From Acholeplasmataceae bacterium (lineage in GTDB: Bacteria; Bacillota_I; Bacilli_A; Acholeplasmatales; Acholeplasmataceae), in the NCBI GenBank assembly GCA_963675245.1, contig OY775910.1, positions 160,001 through 224,000 on the forward strand: 64,000 nt of DNA, written 5' to 3'. The notes beneath the pieces are model-generated. The model saw nothing but the letters and a program-made list of their open reading frames with translations, did no database searches and had not been told where the DNA came from. The stretch's first letter is position 1. Every line of letters begins with the position of its first letter. The position numbers were made by a program, and so were the translations under genes. Below, piece after piece: positions 41,104 to 50,346 of the stretch.

Positions 41104-42666
41104 CTATTTTCCAGAGTTCCCATAATTTTTTAAATAACGAGCACTAGGATCATTCACGTCGCAACCTTCCCATGTCGCATTAGGCATCCAATAACCTTTT
41201 ATTACATGATCATGCCCTAAAAAATATAGATCAAAGAGTTCTCGATACAACAACGCTTCTTTCGAAATCGGTTCAGGTTTTAACAACTTCTTTTTAATGC
41301 TAAAAGTGTCATCATCATAACAACTTTCAGCATATGCCTTTAAATGATCTACCATACTATGACCGACTGCATCGCTAAACGCCGCTTTTTCTCGATATAA
41401 AATATCATGAGGCAAATAGTGATTTGAGAAAGCTTTTCGTAATAAATTTTTACCGATTCCTGTCGTATTCATTTTTAATCTGGGGTCAATGCTGACAATA
41501 TAATCAACAAAGCTCTTATCACTAAATGGTACACGTGCTTCTAGCGCGTTCGCCGCTAAACAACGATCTGCTCGTAAAACATCATACATATATAATTCAT
41601 TTAAACGTTTCACTTCTTCTGCTTGAAATGCTTCTGGAGAAGGTGCAAAATCAGTATATTTATACCCAAACAACTCATCACTTACTTCACCTGTTAAAAG
41701 CACTTTGATATCTGTATGTTCATGGATGTATTTAGCAATCATAAACATCCCAATGGACGCTCTAATTGTTGTAATATCATATGTTTCAAGTGCATATATC
41801 ACTTTTGATAAACTATCTAAAACATCTTCCTTTGTCATGAAAACCTCAGTGTGATCAGTTTTTAGATTATTCGCAACTTGTTTCGCGTACTTTAAATCAA
41901 TAGGATCCGTATCCATGCCTATACTAAATGTTTTAATTGGTTTATTTGAATACCTTTGAGCAATCGCACAAACTAAGCTAGAATCTAAACCACCCGATAA
42001 TAAATAACCGATAGGCGCATCTGCGTGCATTCTCTTTATAACTGCATCTGTAAACAATCGATTAATCGTTTGATAGATCTCATCTAATGAGAAAACTTGT
42101 GGTTTAACTAAAGACCAATCCATATGATATCTCACAAATGATGTCCCATCATAATAGTGTCCAGGTGGAAAAGGATGCACTTTTTTTACACTTTTAAGAA
42201 TCGCTTTTACTTCACTGGCAAAAACAATCTCATCATGGTTATCGAATCCATAAAAAAGTGGTCTTATGCCTAATGGGTCTCTACCAGCAATAAAACACTT
42301 CTTATCATGATCATAAATCACTATCGCAAATTCTGCATCAAGCATACCAAACATATCATTACCAAATGTGTTATATAACGGTAATAATACTTCACAATCA
42401 CTACCTGATGTAAACATGTAGTTTTTTAAAAATCCCTTTAAAGAACGTTCATTATAAATTTCAGCGTTAGCAACTAATACATTTCCTGCTAACATAAATG
42501 GTTGCATCCCTGATTCATCCAAACCCATAATTGCTAACCGGTTAAAATAAAATTGATAGTGATTATTAATCAACTGACGTTGTTGATCAGGTCCTCTCAT
42601 TAAAATCTTTTTTGCACCTTCATCTAACTTAATATCTACACTTTTTGATACGACAATACCGCACAT
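41104..42666 (-). CDS. asnB: asparagine synthetase (glutamine-hydrolysing)
   Basis: N-terminal MCGI Ntn nucleophile (start ATG 42666), RGPD, LSGGLDSS, LEARVPF. Confidence 0.93.
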   Translation of the reverse strand: MCGIVVSKSVDIKLDEGAKKILMRGPDQQRQLINNHYQFYFNRLAIMGLDESGMQPFMLAGNVLVANAEIYNERSLKGFLKNYMFTSGSDCEVLLPLYNTFGNDMFGMLDAEFAIVIYDHDKKCFIAGRDPLGIRPLFYGFDNHDEIVFASEVKAILKSVKKVHPFPPGHYYDGTSFVRYHMDWSLVKPQVFSLDEIYQTINRLFTDAVIKRMHADAPIGYLLSGGLDSSLVCAIAQRYSNKPIKTFSIGMDTDPIDLKYAKQVANNLKTDHTEVFMTKEDVLDSLSKVIYALETYDITTIRASIGMFMIAKYIHEHTDIKVLLTGEVSDELFGYKYTDFAPSPEAFQAEEVKRLNELYMYDVLRADRCLAANALEARVPFSDKSFVDYIVSIDPRLKMNTTGIGKNLLRKAFSNHYLPHDILYREKAAFSDAVGHSMVDHLKAYAESCYDDDTFSIKKKLLKPEPISKEALLYRELFDLYFLGHDHVIKGYWMPNATWEGCDVNDPSARYLKNYGNSGK

Positions 42667-42686
42667 CTCCATCATCCTTTCAAGAT

Positions 42687-42935
42687 AAAATAAAAAGAGT
42701 CTACTCCCACAATTGGGACGAATGACTCTAGATCCGCGGTACCACCCATATTATCAATTACTTGATCACTTTTACATGCTAACACATGATATCTCTTTAA
42801 CGGGAGAACCCGGCTTAATCTACTTATTTCGGTAAGCACTCCTCAGTGTTTTTCCATTCATGATCTTTATAGGTATTCCAGCATTTACCTACTCTCTTTA
42901 AAAGAACGTTTGAATGTACTCGTCTGATTCATCAT
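42687..42935 (-). promoter_or_regulatory. Asn-specific T-box leader with terminator
   Basis: T-box motif GGTGGTACCGCG (plus strand ~42735-42746), AGTA/AGAGA/GCTG stem I motifs, specifier AAC at 42848-42850, terminator AGAGTC...GACTCTTTTT. Confidence 0.9.
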
Positions 42936-43004
42936 TTGTAACTATTCTAGCACAACTTATGAAACGCTGCAATACCAAAAATTAAAAAGGACCAAAGTCC
43001 TTTA

Positions 43005-43211
43005 TTAATTAGTTTGATATTCTAGTATATCGCCAGGTTGGCAGTCCAACACTTCACATATTTTTTCTAGCGTTGTGAAGCGGATCGCTTTTACCTTTCC
43101 CGTCTTCAGGTTTGATAGATTAGCAAGACTAATACCTACTTGTTCTGCAAGTTCATTTAAGCTCATTTTTCTATCTGCCATCATACGGTCTAATCTTGAA
43201 ATAATTGGCAT
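43005..43211 (-). CDS. XRE/Cro-family HTH regulator (YozG-like)
   Basis: LAEQVGISLANLSNLKTGKVKAIRFTTL..CQPGDIL. Confidence 0.9.
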   Translation of the reverse strand: MPIISRLDRMMADRKMSLNELAEQVGISLANLSNLKTGKVKAIRFTTLEKICEVLDCQPGDILEYQTN

Positions 43212-43816
43212 TAGACTGTTAAGTCATGCTCTTCCTGTAAATATGTGCCATAACTAAATACATACGCTAGAATAAGTATTAATGAGCCCATAAATACATG
43301 TGACCATTGGATAGAGAATCTGTAACTAACACTTTGAAATAAATCGAGCATGTTTGTTAATGTTCTCATTGAAATGCTATTAAATACAGGTAATAAAATA
43401 CTTGCTGCTAAGAATCCAAATCCCAAAACTTTTAAAATCTTCGCATTCGATTTTTCAAAAATTTGTCCATCTTTCACGTGACCGACTAATTGTTTTAATT
43501 GAATAATAACAAATTGCAAGAAACCCACACCTGCTAATCCATTCACTAATAATGCTAAGATTGAACGTTTCACATTAACTTCACCCGTGAAAAAGTTAGG
43601 ATCAATTTCCTGCATAATATCTGTTAATCTCGTACTCAACTCACTAAATTGTGCTAAGTCAACATCAAATAAACCTCTTGGTATAAATAACACCACCACA
43701 AATCCAACTGCCATGACACCTAATGCAATAAATAAGAAAATCATAAATATTTTTAAAACCACATGAAACACATTAATAATTCCTTTATATTTATTTTGAT
43801 CAAATGTATTTTCCAT
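43211..43816 (-). CDS. DUF2975-family membrane protein
   Basis: TM helices, C-terminal VF..G..LQEEHDLTV, coupled to YozG-like HTH. Confidence 0.85.
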   Translation of the reverse strand: MENTFDQNKYKGIINVFHVVLKIFMIFLFIALGVMAVGFVVVLFIPRGLFDVDLAQFSELSTRLTDIMQEIDPNFFTGEVNVKRSILALLVNGLAGVGFLQFVIIQLKQLVGHVKDGQIFEKSNAKILKVLGFGFLAASILLPVFNSISMRTLTNMLDLFQSVSYRFSIQWSHVFMGSLILILAYVFSYGTYLQEEHDLTV

Positions 43817-43874
43817 ATGAACACCTCCTACGCATCAATATTATCACATCATTTTATATTTGTCAACATATATT

Positions 43875-43889
43875 TATCGTTTTTCGATA
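43875..43889. promoter_or_regulatory. candidate operator TATCG-N5-CGATA for the XRE regulator
   Basis: perfect inverted repeat just upstream of TTGACA (43861-43866, minus strand). Confidence 0.5.
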
Positions 43890-43920
43890 TATTATTAATT
43901 TTTACCGTTAATATGCAAAT

Positions 43921-43949
43921 AAAAAGCAATCCCCTTGGGACTGCTTTTT
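43921..43949 (-). terminator. intrinsic terminator
   Basis: AAAAAGCAaTCCC-ctt-GGGAcTGCTTTTT. Confidence 0.75.
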
Positions 43950-43950
43950 A

Positions 43951-44553
43951 TTATATGAGTTTATTGATTTGAATAACGGCTTTTTCAAACACTTCATCTT
44001 CTGATAAGCCACTTGTGTCAATAATGACATGAGGAATATTATAAACCGTACATTGTGCTGCTACTTTTGCAACATAATCACTCATTAAATCTTTGAAGTA
44101 AGGTTTATTCTTATCGAAATTATCAATTTCTTGTTGACGACCACGTTCCATTACTCGTCTTTCAAAGTTGTCCCAATCAATGTCTAAAATGATATATAAA
44201 TCAGGTTTTTTGATTTGATTCATGTAGGCGTGGAATACGCCATTATACATATTCATAATGGTCGGCATGTTTCTTAGATTATGTTGAGCGAAAAGCCAAT
44301 GCTCTACTAAATCTCTATCAACGACAAAATCACCCTTATATTTATTTTGACTTAACCAGTTATTATGAATGAAATAAATTTGTAAAAGCATTTCAACATC
44401 AGTTTTTTGTTCATATAACCATTTTAGAAGTGTATTGAATACTTCATCATTTTTCTCAAACTCTTCCATAACTGGTAAATTTAATTCTTTTCCTAAACGC
44501 GATACAAGCGTCGATTTACCTGATGCGATCATGCCACCTACTGATATTTTCAT
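43951..44553 (-). CDS. deoxynucleoside kinase
   Basis: GMIASGKST P-loop, DR motif, PDLYIIL, RGR..E lid. Confidence 0.9.
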   Translation of the reverse strand: MKISVGGMIASGKSTLVSRLGKELNLPVMEEFEKNDEVFNTLLKWLYEQKTDVEMLLQIYFIHNNWLSQNKYKGDFVVDRDLVEHWLFAQHNLRNMPTIMNMYNGVFHAYMNQIKKPDLYIILDIDWDNFERRVMERGRQQEIDNFDKNKPYFKDLMSDYVAKVAAQCTVYNIPHVIIDTSGLSEDEVFEKAVIQINKLI

Positions 44554-44646
44554 ACTTATTCCTCTTTCTTTTATTATCCCTATTTAACTGTTTTAAATTA
44601 TACCATCTATGATGGTTCATATCAACCGTATCTAATTGTATTTTCG

Positions 44647-45180
44647 TTATAACGTAATTTCTTTAATCTTTTCTTTTAAACTGACAATGCAGCCACAATA
44701 TCTTTGGCAATAAAGACCATAATCTTTCGCCTTTTTTTGTCCTTCAAAATAGCCAATTCTAAAATCTTCATAATAAAAAGGTAAATCATATTTTTTACTA
44801 TATTTTTCAGCTAATCGTTTAATCACATCATGCTTTTGATAAGGACTTACTAATAAGCTGGTTGTTACTGCATCGTATCCTAGTTCTTTACCGACTTTAA
44901 AAAGTTTTTGAAGTCTTTTACTGTAGCACATCTCACAACGCGCTTCATCATTATCTCTTAACGCATCCCATAAATCCTCTTCATAATCAGGATAATAGAA
45001 TACATTAAATCCCTTATCGTTTGCTAGTTTTTCAACATTTTCTTCGCGTTTTTCGAATTCTTCATATGGATGAATATTTGGATTGTAATACAAACCATCT
45101 ACTTCTTGTCCTTTGATCTGTAATGATTCTACAGGATAAACCGCACATGGTGCACAACACATATGCATCAAAATCTTCAT
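44647..45180 (-). CDS. queH: epoxyqueuosine reductase QueH
   Basis: HMCCAPC, YNPNIHP, RCEMCY, YCQRYCGC. Confidence 0.92.
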   Translation of the reverse strand: MKILMHMCCAPCAVYPVESLQIKGQEVDGLYYNPNIHPYEEFEKREENVEKLANDKGFNVFYYPDYEEDLWDALRDNDEARCEMCYSKRLQKLFKVGKELGYDAVTTSLLVSPYQKHDVIKRLAEKYSKKYDLPFYYEDFRIGYFEGQKKAKDYGLYCQRYCGCIVSLKEKIKEITL

Positions 45181-46160
45181 TTCTTTTGTCCTCTAATATA
45201 TTGTTTCGGATATGCAACATCCAAATGATTAATGACAACGTATGGATCTCTTAATAATAATCTACCGAAGAAAACCATATCGCATTTCCCTTCACTAATC
45301 GCATTTTCTGCAGATGTGAGATCTTCGATTAGTCCTCCACCAATGACTGGTAGACCTGTTTCACGTCTAATTACTTCAGCATACCCAAGTTGGTATCCAG
45401 AAAAAAGATTAATGTGAACTTTATAATTACCACCTGAAGACACATCAACAAGGTCGACTCCTAAATGTTTTACTTGGTTCATCATAAAAGCTAAATCATT
45501 AGGATGTAGTCCATCTTCCATATATTCTTCTGCAGTCACTCTTATACATAATGCTTTATCTAATGGCCATTCACTTCTCACAGCTTTAATCACTTCTTCT
45601 AAGAATAACACACCATCTTTGTATTTATCTGTTCTTTTATTCGATAATGGTGATAAAAATTCGTTAATCAAATAACCATGTGCAGCATGAATTTCAATCA
45701 TGTCATAACCGATGATACGTGCTCTTTTTGCTGCGTCTTTAAATTTATTGATGACACGATGAATATCATCAAGAGTCATTTCAGTTGGCTTGTCATAGCC
45801 TTCATACTCAATCGCAGAAGGGGCATAAGCTTTGGGAAGCTGTGCTTTTCTACCAGCATGGGCTAATTGAATACCTATTTTTGCATCATATTGATGTACG
45901 TGATCAACTATTTTTTTAAGGTTTGCAATATGTTCATCATTCCAAATACCTAAATCATTAACTGTAATTCTACCTTCTTGTTCAACCGCGGTTGCTTCTT
46001 GGATGATCAATCCAACGCCACCGATCGCTCTTGTCGCATAATGAACAACATGAAAATCAGTAGCAATCCCATCTTCAGCTGCACTATACATGCACATCGG
46101 TGCCATTACTATTCTATTTTTAAGTTGTAATTGATTAATATCAATACTTTTTTCCAACAT
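45177..46160 (-). CDS. namA: NADPH dehydrogenase, old yellow enzyme (NamA/YqjM-like)
   Basis: KNRIVMAPMCMYS, QLAHAGRK, HAAHGYL. Confidence 0.85.
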   Translation of the reverse strand: MLEKSIDINQLQLKNRIVMAPMCMYSAAEDGIATDFHVVHYATRAIGGVGLIIQEATAVEQEGRITVNDLGIWNDEHIANLKKIVDHVHQYDAKIGIQLAHAGRKAQLPKAYAPSAIEYEGYDKPTEMTLDDIHRVINKFKDAAKRARIIGYDMIEIHAAHGYLINEFLSPLSNKRTDKYKDGVLFLEEVIKAVRSEWPLDKALCIRVTAEEYMEDGLHPNDLAFMMNQVKHLGVDLVDVSSGGNYKVHINLFSGYQLGYAEVIRRETGLPVIGGGLIEDLTSAENAISEGKCDMVFFGRLLLRDPYVVINHLDVAYPKQYIRGQKK

Positions 46161-46162
46161 AA

Positions 46163-46504
46163 TTATTCAAATCCTTTGTACGTTAATATATCCGTGATTA
46201 ATTCAAAAGGTATGTCTTGTTTATGACTGATTTGAATGGTTCCTTTTGATGTTTTATAGTCTTTTAACAATGCTTGATGCTTTTCAATATAGTCAGAACC
46301 CGGGTAAATACCAATATGTCCTTTAAAACAAGCAACATACATCACATTTTTCCCTTTAACATAATAGCCAGGTACACCATACCCCAATTTTTCTTCGGCA
46401 TCTGGTAGTTTGTTGATGATGACTTGCCTGATGGATAAGAATCTTGATTGAATGGTCTCGTCAAATGATGAGATATGTTTTAAGACGTCTGAATTTATAT
46501 TCAT
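46163..46504 (-). CDS. DUF1801/YdhG-like protein
   Basis: EEKLGYGVPGY, KGHIGIYP, SKGTIQ. Confidence 0.8.
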   Translation of the reverse strand: MNINSDVLKHISSFDETIQSRFLSIRQVIINKLPDAEEKLGYGVPGYYVKGKNVMYVACFKGHIGIYPGSDYIEKHQALLKDYKTSKGTIQISHKQDIPFELITDILTYKGFE

Positions 46505-46570
46505 CGAACCCTCCTAAATGATACATACAATTCTATTATATGATATAAAACAATAGTTTAAAAGATGTTT

Positions 46571-47731
46571 TTATATCTTATACTCGATATGATCACACGC
46601 GTTAAATATCGAAAATTCTTTTATACGATTTTTCAATTTCTGATTGAAATTTTTGTCGATTAAAGCCTCTTCTAACCATATTTGATGTACGTACAATGTT
46701 TTTAATTTATGATTAGTCTCAACATCTATTCTACCAACTAAATCATGACCATATAAAATAGGTAGGACATATGGGCCATACTTACGATCTTTTTCTGGTG
46801 TATAAATTTCCCATTTATAGTCAAAATCGAACAATTTTTTTATCAGTTTTCGATCCCAGATAAAACTATCTAAAGGCGCAATAAACTCAATGCGTTTCTC
46901 CTCGTTTTCGACTTCCTTTAAATATTTCTTGTCCTCTTTGAGGATATAATACACGTCATTATTTTCAACAACAAGTTCAATAATCTCTTCATTCTCAAGT
47001 AATTCCTGAAATCTATCTCTACGATCTTTCGCTTTCATATGTTGAATGCCTAAAAAGGCATCAGACGCACCACTGCCAAGCATACCAACAGCAGAAATTC
47101 TTCTTTTAATCATGAATCGTTGATACGCTTCAATTGATGTAAAGTAATTTTTTTGATTTAATATCGATTTATCGATATATGTCTCAGTTAAACCAAAGAA
47201 ACGTTTTAAACCTTTTCGATGGTGTATCATGATTTCACCTTTAAAATAAAGGTAATCCAATATCGCTTGACTTAATTTCAGATTATGCCATGCATGAAGT
47301 CTTGTTGGTATTTCCATTAACAAATCTTTTGGATCAATATATTCCATATGATTAAATGACGATCTAACGTGGTCAATTTCTTTTTGAAAATCAACAAGAT
47401 GTTCCACATAATGGTCTGACATTTGTATTCTATTTATTTCTAAGTATGGCCAATCTTCAATGCCATAGATAGACATATTTTTATCCCATTGATCAACAAC
47501 TTGATAGTCTTTATATAGCAAATCTTCAAGCATTGACTTCTGATAATTTTTAACTCGGGAAAATAACACAAGATCTGTATTTTTACCACAACGATCAATT
47601 GGATCAAACTGAATACATCCAGCCTGAGATATAAAATCCAAGCATCCTTGTTTATCATTAAAACGATAATGACCTAATAACCCTTGTTTACGTAAAATAA
47701 ACGCCTTTGCTTGTGCTTTCGAAATCATCAT
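46571..47731 (-). CDS. YcaQ/AlkZ-like crosslink-repair DNA glycosylase (winged-helix HTH_42)
   Basis: IQFDP (QxD), APLDSFIWDR, YKWEIYTP..RKYG.YVLPIL. Confidence 0.85.
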   Translation of the reverse strand: MMISKAQAKAFILRKQGLLGHYRFNDKQGCLDFISQAGCIQFDPIDRCGKNTDLVLFSRVKNYQKSMLEDLLYKDYQVVDQWDKNMSIYGIEDWPYLEINRIQMSDHYVEHLVDFQKEIDHVRSSFNHMEYIDPKDLLMEIPTRLHAWHNLKLSQAILDYLYFKGEIMIHHRKGLKRFFGLTETYIDKSILNQKNYFTSIEAYQRFMIKRRISAVGMLGSGASDAFLGIQHMKAKDRRDRFQELLENEEIIELVVENNDVYYILKEDKKYLKEVENEEKRIEFIAPLDSFIWDRKLIKKLFDFDYKWEIYTPEKDRKYGPYVLPILYGHDLVGRIDVETNHKLKTLYVHQIWLEEALIDKNFNQKLKNRIKEFSIFNACDHIEYKI

Positions 47732-48099
47732 TTAGATTCACCATCTTGATCATCTTTTGATTTTTCTTTGTTGTTTAATTCAATCCATTTATCCTTAATA
47801 TTAATCATATTTTTCTTATCAAATAATATATATCTTTGAATCAATAACGCTGTCACAATAATAAGTGGGATAACTGGTGTTCCTGGACCAAACCAGAACA
47901 GCATAACCGCTGTACCGATTGCTACCATCCAAGCATTACCTACTATCGTACCAAACGCAACAAAAAATACTGCCCATCCATGATATATAATATATGAAAT
48001 AATCAATGCTAGTACACCTCTAACAGTTCTCATTTCCTTAATAATTGCCCAAACTGTTAAGAAAAATACTTTCCAAAATATAATAAATTTATGCCACAT
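47728..48099 (-). CDS. hypothetical membrane protein
   Basis: start ATG 48099 after AGGAG; TM segments with WFGPGTP. Confidence 0.7.
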   Translation of the reverse strand: MWHKFIIFWKVFFLTVWAIIKEMRTVRGVLALIISYIIYHGWAVFFVAFGTIVGNAWMVAIGTAVMLFWFGPGTPVIPLIIVTALLIQRYILFDKKNMINIKDKWIELNNKEKSKDDQDGESK

Positions 48100-48112
48100 A
48101 TGAACTCCTATT

Positions 48113-48136
48113 AAAAAAATAGACACACCTGTGTCT
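48113..48136 (-). terminator. intrinsic terminator
   Basis: A-run followed by TAGACAC-acct-GTGTCTA. Confidence 0.7.
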
Positions 48137-48332
48137 ACCTCTTTTGTACGTCTGGTCTTAGACTTCCTTGTTCAATCGCTTCGGGATAAGGATATGCTTC
48201 TTCACGCATACGTTTGAAGAGGACATATATTAAGCCACGATCGAAATCGATGCGGGTGATGACACCCCATCCTTTTTCGCCTTCAACCTTGACGCGTTCA
48301 CCAATTAAATATGTTTCATTGCTCCATGCCAT
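48135..48332 (-). CDS. small SH3/KOW-like beta-barrel protein
   Basis: IGERVKV..GWGVITRID...IYVLF; GAGGTG RBS, own extended -10 and terminator. Confidence 0.75.
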   Translation of the reverse strand: MAWSNETYLIGERVKVEGEKGWGVITRIDFDRGLIYVLFKRMREEAYPYPEAIEQGSLRPDVQKR

Positions 48333-48379
48333 AATTTAACACCTCAAAAAATATTATACCATAAAGAACCTTTAATATT

Positions 48380-49282
48380 TTACCAATTTAGATGCTTATG
48401 AATAACTATGTTATTATAAAACGCTTCAAATTGTTCTTTTAATTCAGGATTCATATGAAATTTAGCTGCTTCTATATGTGACTGAAGTTGATTCTCGTTT
48501 TTAATACCAGGAATAATGTAACTTACTTCTGGATACTGCCATATATATCCCATAGCGTATTTCACAAGCGCTTTATCATGAGTGATATCGATGAGTTCTT
48601 TGATAAGCTTACCACGAACTTTAATTTCATCTTTTGACCATCTTGATCGAATACCATCAAATCTACTATGTTCATCATATTTACCAGTTAACCATCCAGA
48701 ATCTAGTGGTACTTTGGTAATAATTTTAACTCCTTTATGCGATGCCAATTTAAATGCCTCTCTGGCATCTTGGAAGAAAATATTAAATAGTACTTCGATA
48801 TGAGTCGCGTTTGAGTGGTTGAGTATTAGAATCATATCTTCTGCACAATCAACACTAGCCCCATATCCTTTAATCAGCCCTTTTTGTTTGAGTTGTTCTA
48901 AGATGTCAAAATGAGTAGATTTACCTTCTAAAATATACTTTTCCGGATTATGTAATAACACGCTATCTAAATAATTTGTCTGTAATCTTTTACAAGATGA
49001 CATAATACTTTCTTCAATGATATCTTTTGAAAAATCAGTATGACCATCTGCATGATGTCCAAACTTTGATTGAATAAACACATTTCTTCTAACATCTTTT
49101 AGTGCTTTACCTAAAATAATTTCACTCAGACCATTACCATAACCTGGTGCAGTATCAAAAAAACGAATACCTAGATCATATGCTTTTTTAACGAGTCTAA
49201 TGCCTTCCTCTTCTGTCATGTCTGACCATAGTGGATTTGCGAGTTGCCACGCACCAAATCCTAAACGATTTAACTGATTCAT
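48380..49282 (-). CDS. aldo/keto reductase
   Basis: LGFGAWQL, FFDTAPGYG.G.SE, SKFG, LLHNP. Confidence 0.92.
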   Translation of the reverse strand: MNQLNRLGFGAWQLANPLWSDMTEEEGIRLVKKAYDLGIRFFDTAPGYGNGLSEIILGKALKDVRRNVFIQSKFGHHADGHTDFSKDIIEESIMSSCKRLQTNYLDSVLLHNPEKYILEGKSTHFDILEQLKQKGLIKGYGASVDCAEDMILILNHSNATHIEVLFNIFFQDAREAFKLASHKGVKIITKVPLDSGWLTGKYDEHSRFDGIRSRWSKDEIKVRGKLIKELIDITHDKALVKYAMGYIWQYPEVSYIIPGIKNENQLQSHIEAAKFHMNPELKEQFEAFYNNIVIHKHLNW

Positions 49283-50346
49283 ACTTGTTTTTTCCTATAC
49301 TCTCTTAACGTTGAACCAATTAAAAAAGATTTTTCATCATCTTTTTGTGCGCGTAAAAACCTCAATAATTTCTCAGCACCTTTACTTGGATCAAGAGATA
49401 ATAATGCTTGGATATCAGCTGCATATAGCGGATGATCAGTATCATGAACATTTTCTAATAGTGGATAAGCTGAGCGCTCATGATGACGTATAAAACGATA
49501 AAAATCGATGAGAATATCTGGCAATTTAGTATAAAGATCTTGACCAAATTGTTTCGCACTCTTTAAGGCGATATCATAAAGTTTACTCGCTTGAAATTTA
49601 GCCATATACAAAATGAGTGCATTTAGATCTTCATCCTCTTCATGCCAATTAATAAGTGTTTTTAATAGATTTGCACGCCATAAAAATCTATGTTTGGAAT
49701 CTTTTGTTAAACCGTATTGTTCAATAAATTTGCTGACAACTCTATCAAGGACATCCTGATCAAGCATTTCATACAATCTAAAACACATTTCAGATAATTC
49801 AGTTGAACCATCTTTATTCGTTAAATAACCATATAAATCATTTAAAATAATCTCTTTTTCGTCATGATATGCTTTCAAAAGTGGTTTAAATGACACTTCT
49901 TGTGTCGTAACTTTTTCTTTTCCTTTTTGATAAATGTATGTGTCATAGACGATTTTATCTTTATTCAGTGGCGTTTGTCTTAGGATTGAAAAACCAGTAC
50001 CACCATGTTCATAAGTGCGATGTGTCGGATGACCCACAATATCATTTCTAATAAACTTTAATTGTCTCAACGTTTTATTCTTGTTAATATTAACGTGATA
50101 TTTATAGCTAGTAAGTCCAATCGCTAAATCATATAATGCATCAATCGCGACAAACAATCCTTGCATTAAACCAAATACATCTAATAGGATCGCTCCTTTT
50201 TCAGATTGTGGTTCTGTTAAGTATCTTTCTATCATCAAATCCACATTTTCAAGCATCTCAAAAGCGCTCATGGCACGTTTACCATGTGCATTTTCAATAT
50301 CTTTTTGTTCATTTATAACAAATGATTTTAATCTATTTAAACTCAT
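49279..50346 (-). CDS. hypothetical protein with HEPN-like motif (R100-NDIVG-H106)
   Basis: helical N-terminal domain ending LRQLKFIRNDIVGHP; 4-bp overlaps on both sides. Confidence 0.6.
   Translation of the reverse strand: MSLNRLKSFVINEQKDIENAHGKRAMSAFEMLENVDLMIERYLTEPQSEKGAILLDVFGLMQGLFVAIDALYDLAIGLTSYKYHVNINKNKTLRQLKFIRNDIVGHPTHRTYEHGGTGFSILRQTPLNKDKIVYDTYIYQKGKEKVTTQEVSFKPLLKAYHDEKEIILNDLYGYLTNKDGSTELSEMCFRLYEMLDQDVLDRVVSKFIEQYGLTKDSKHRFLWRANLLKTLINWHEEDEDLNALILYMAKFQASKLYDIALKSAKQFGQDLYTKLPDILIDFYRFIRHHERSAYPLLENVHDTDHPLYAADIQALLSLDPSKGAEKLLRFLRAQKDDEKSFLIGSTLREYRKKQV

Noticed and set aside
42960..42972. cre-like TGAAACGCTGCA near the asnB promoter
   Set aside because: Too short and spacing does not fit the 14-bp consensus; overlaps a plausible -35 box
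44554..45200. preQ1 or purine riboswitch near queH/dNK
   Set aside because: queH has no leader (it overlaps namA), and the dNK upstream region shows only a short hairpin without riboswitch core motifs
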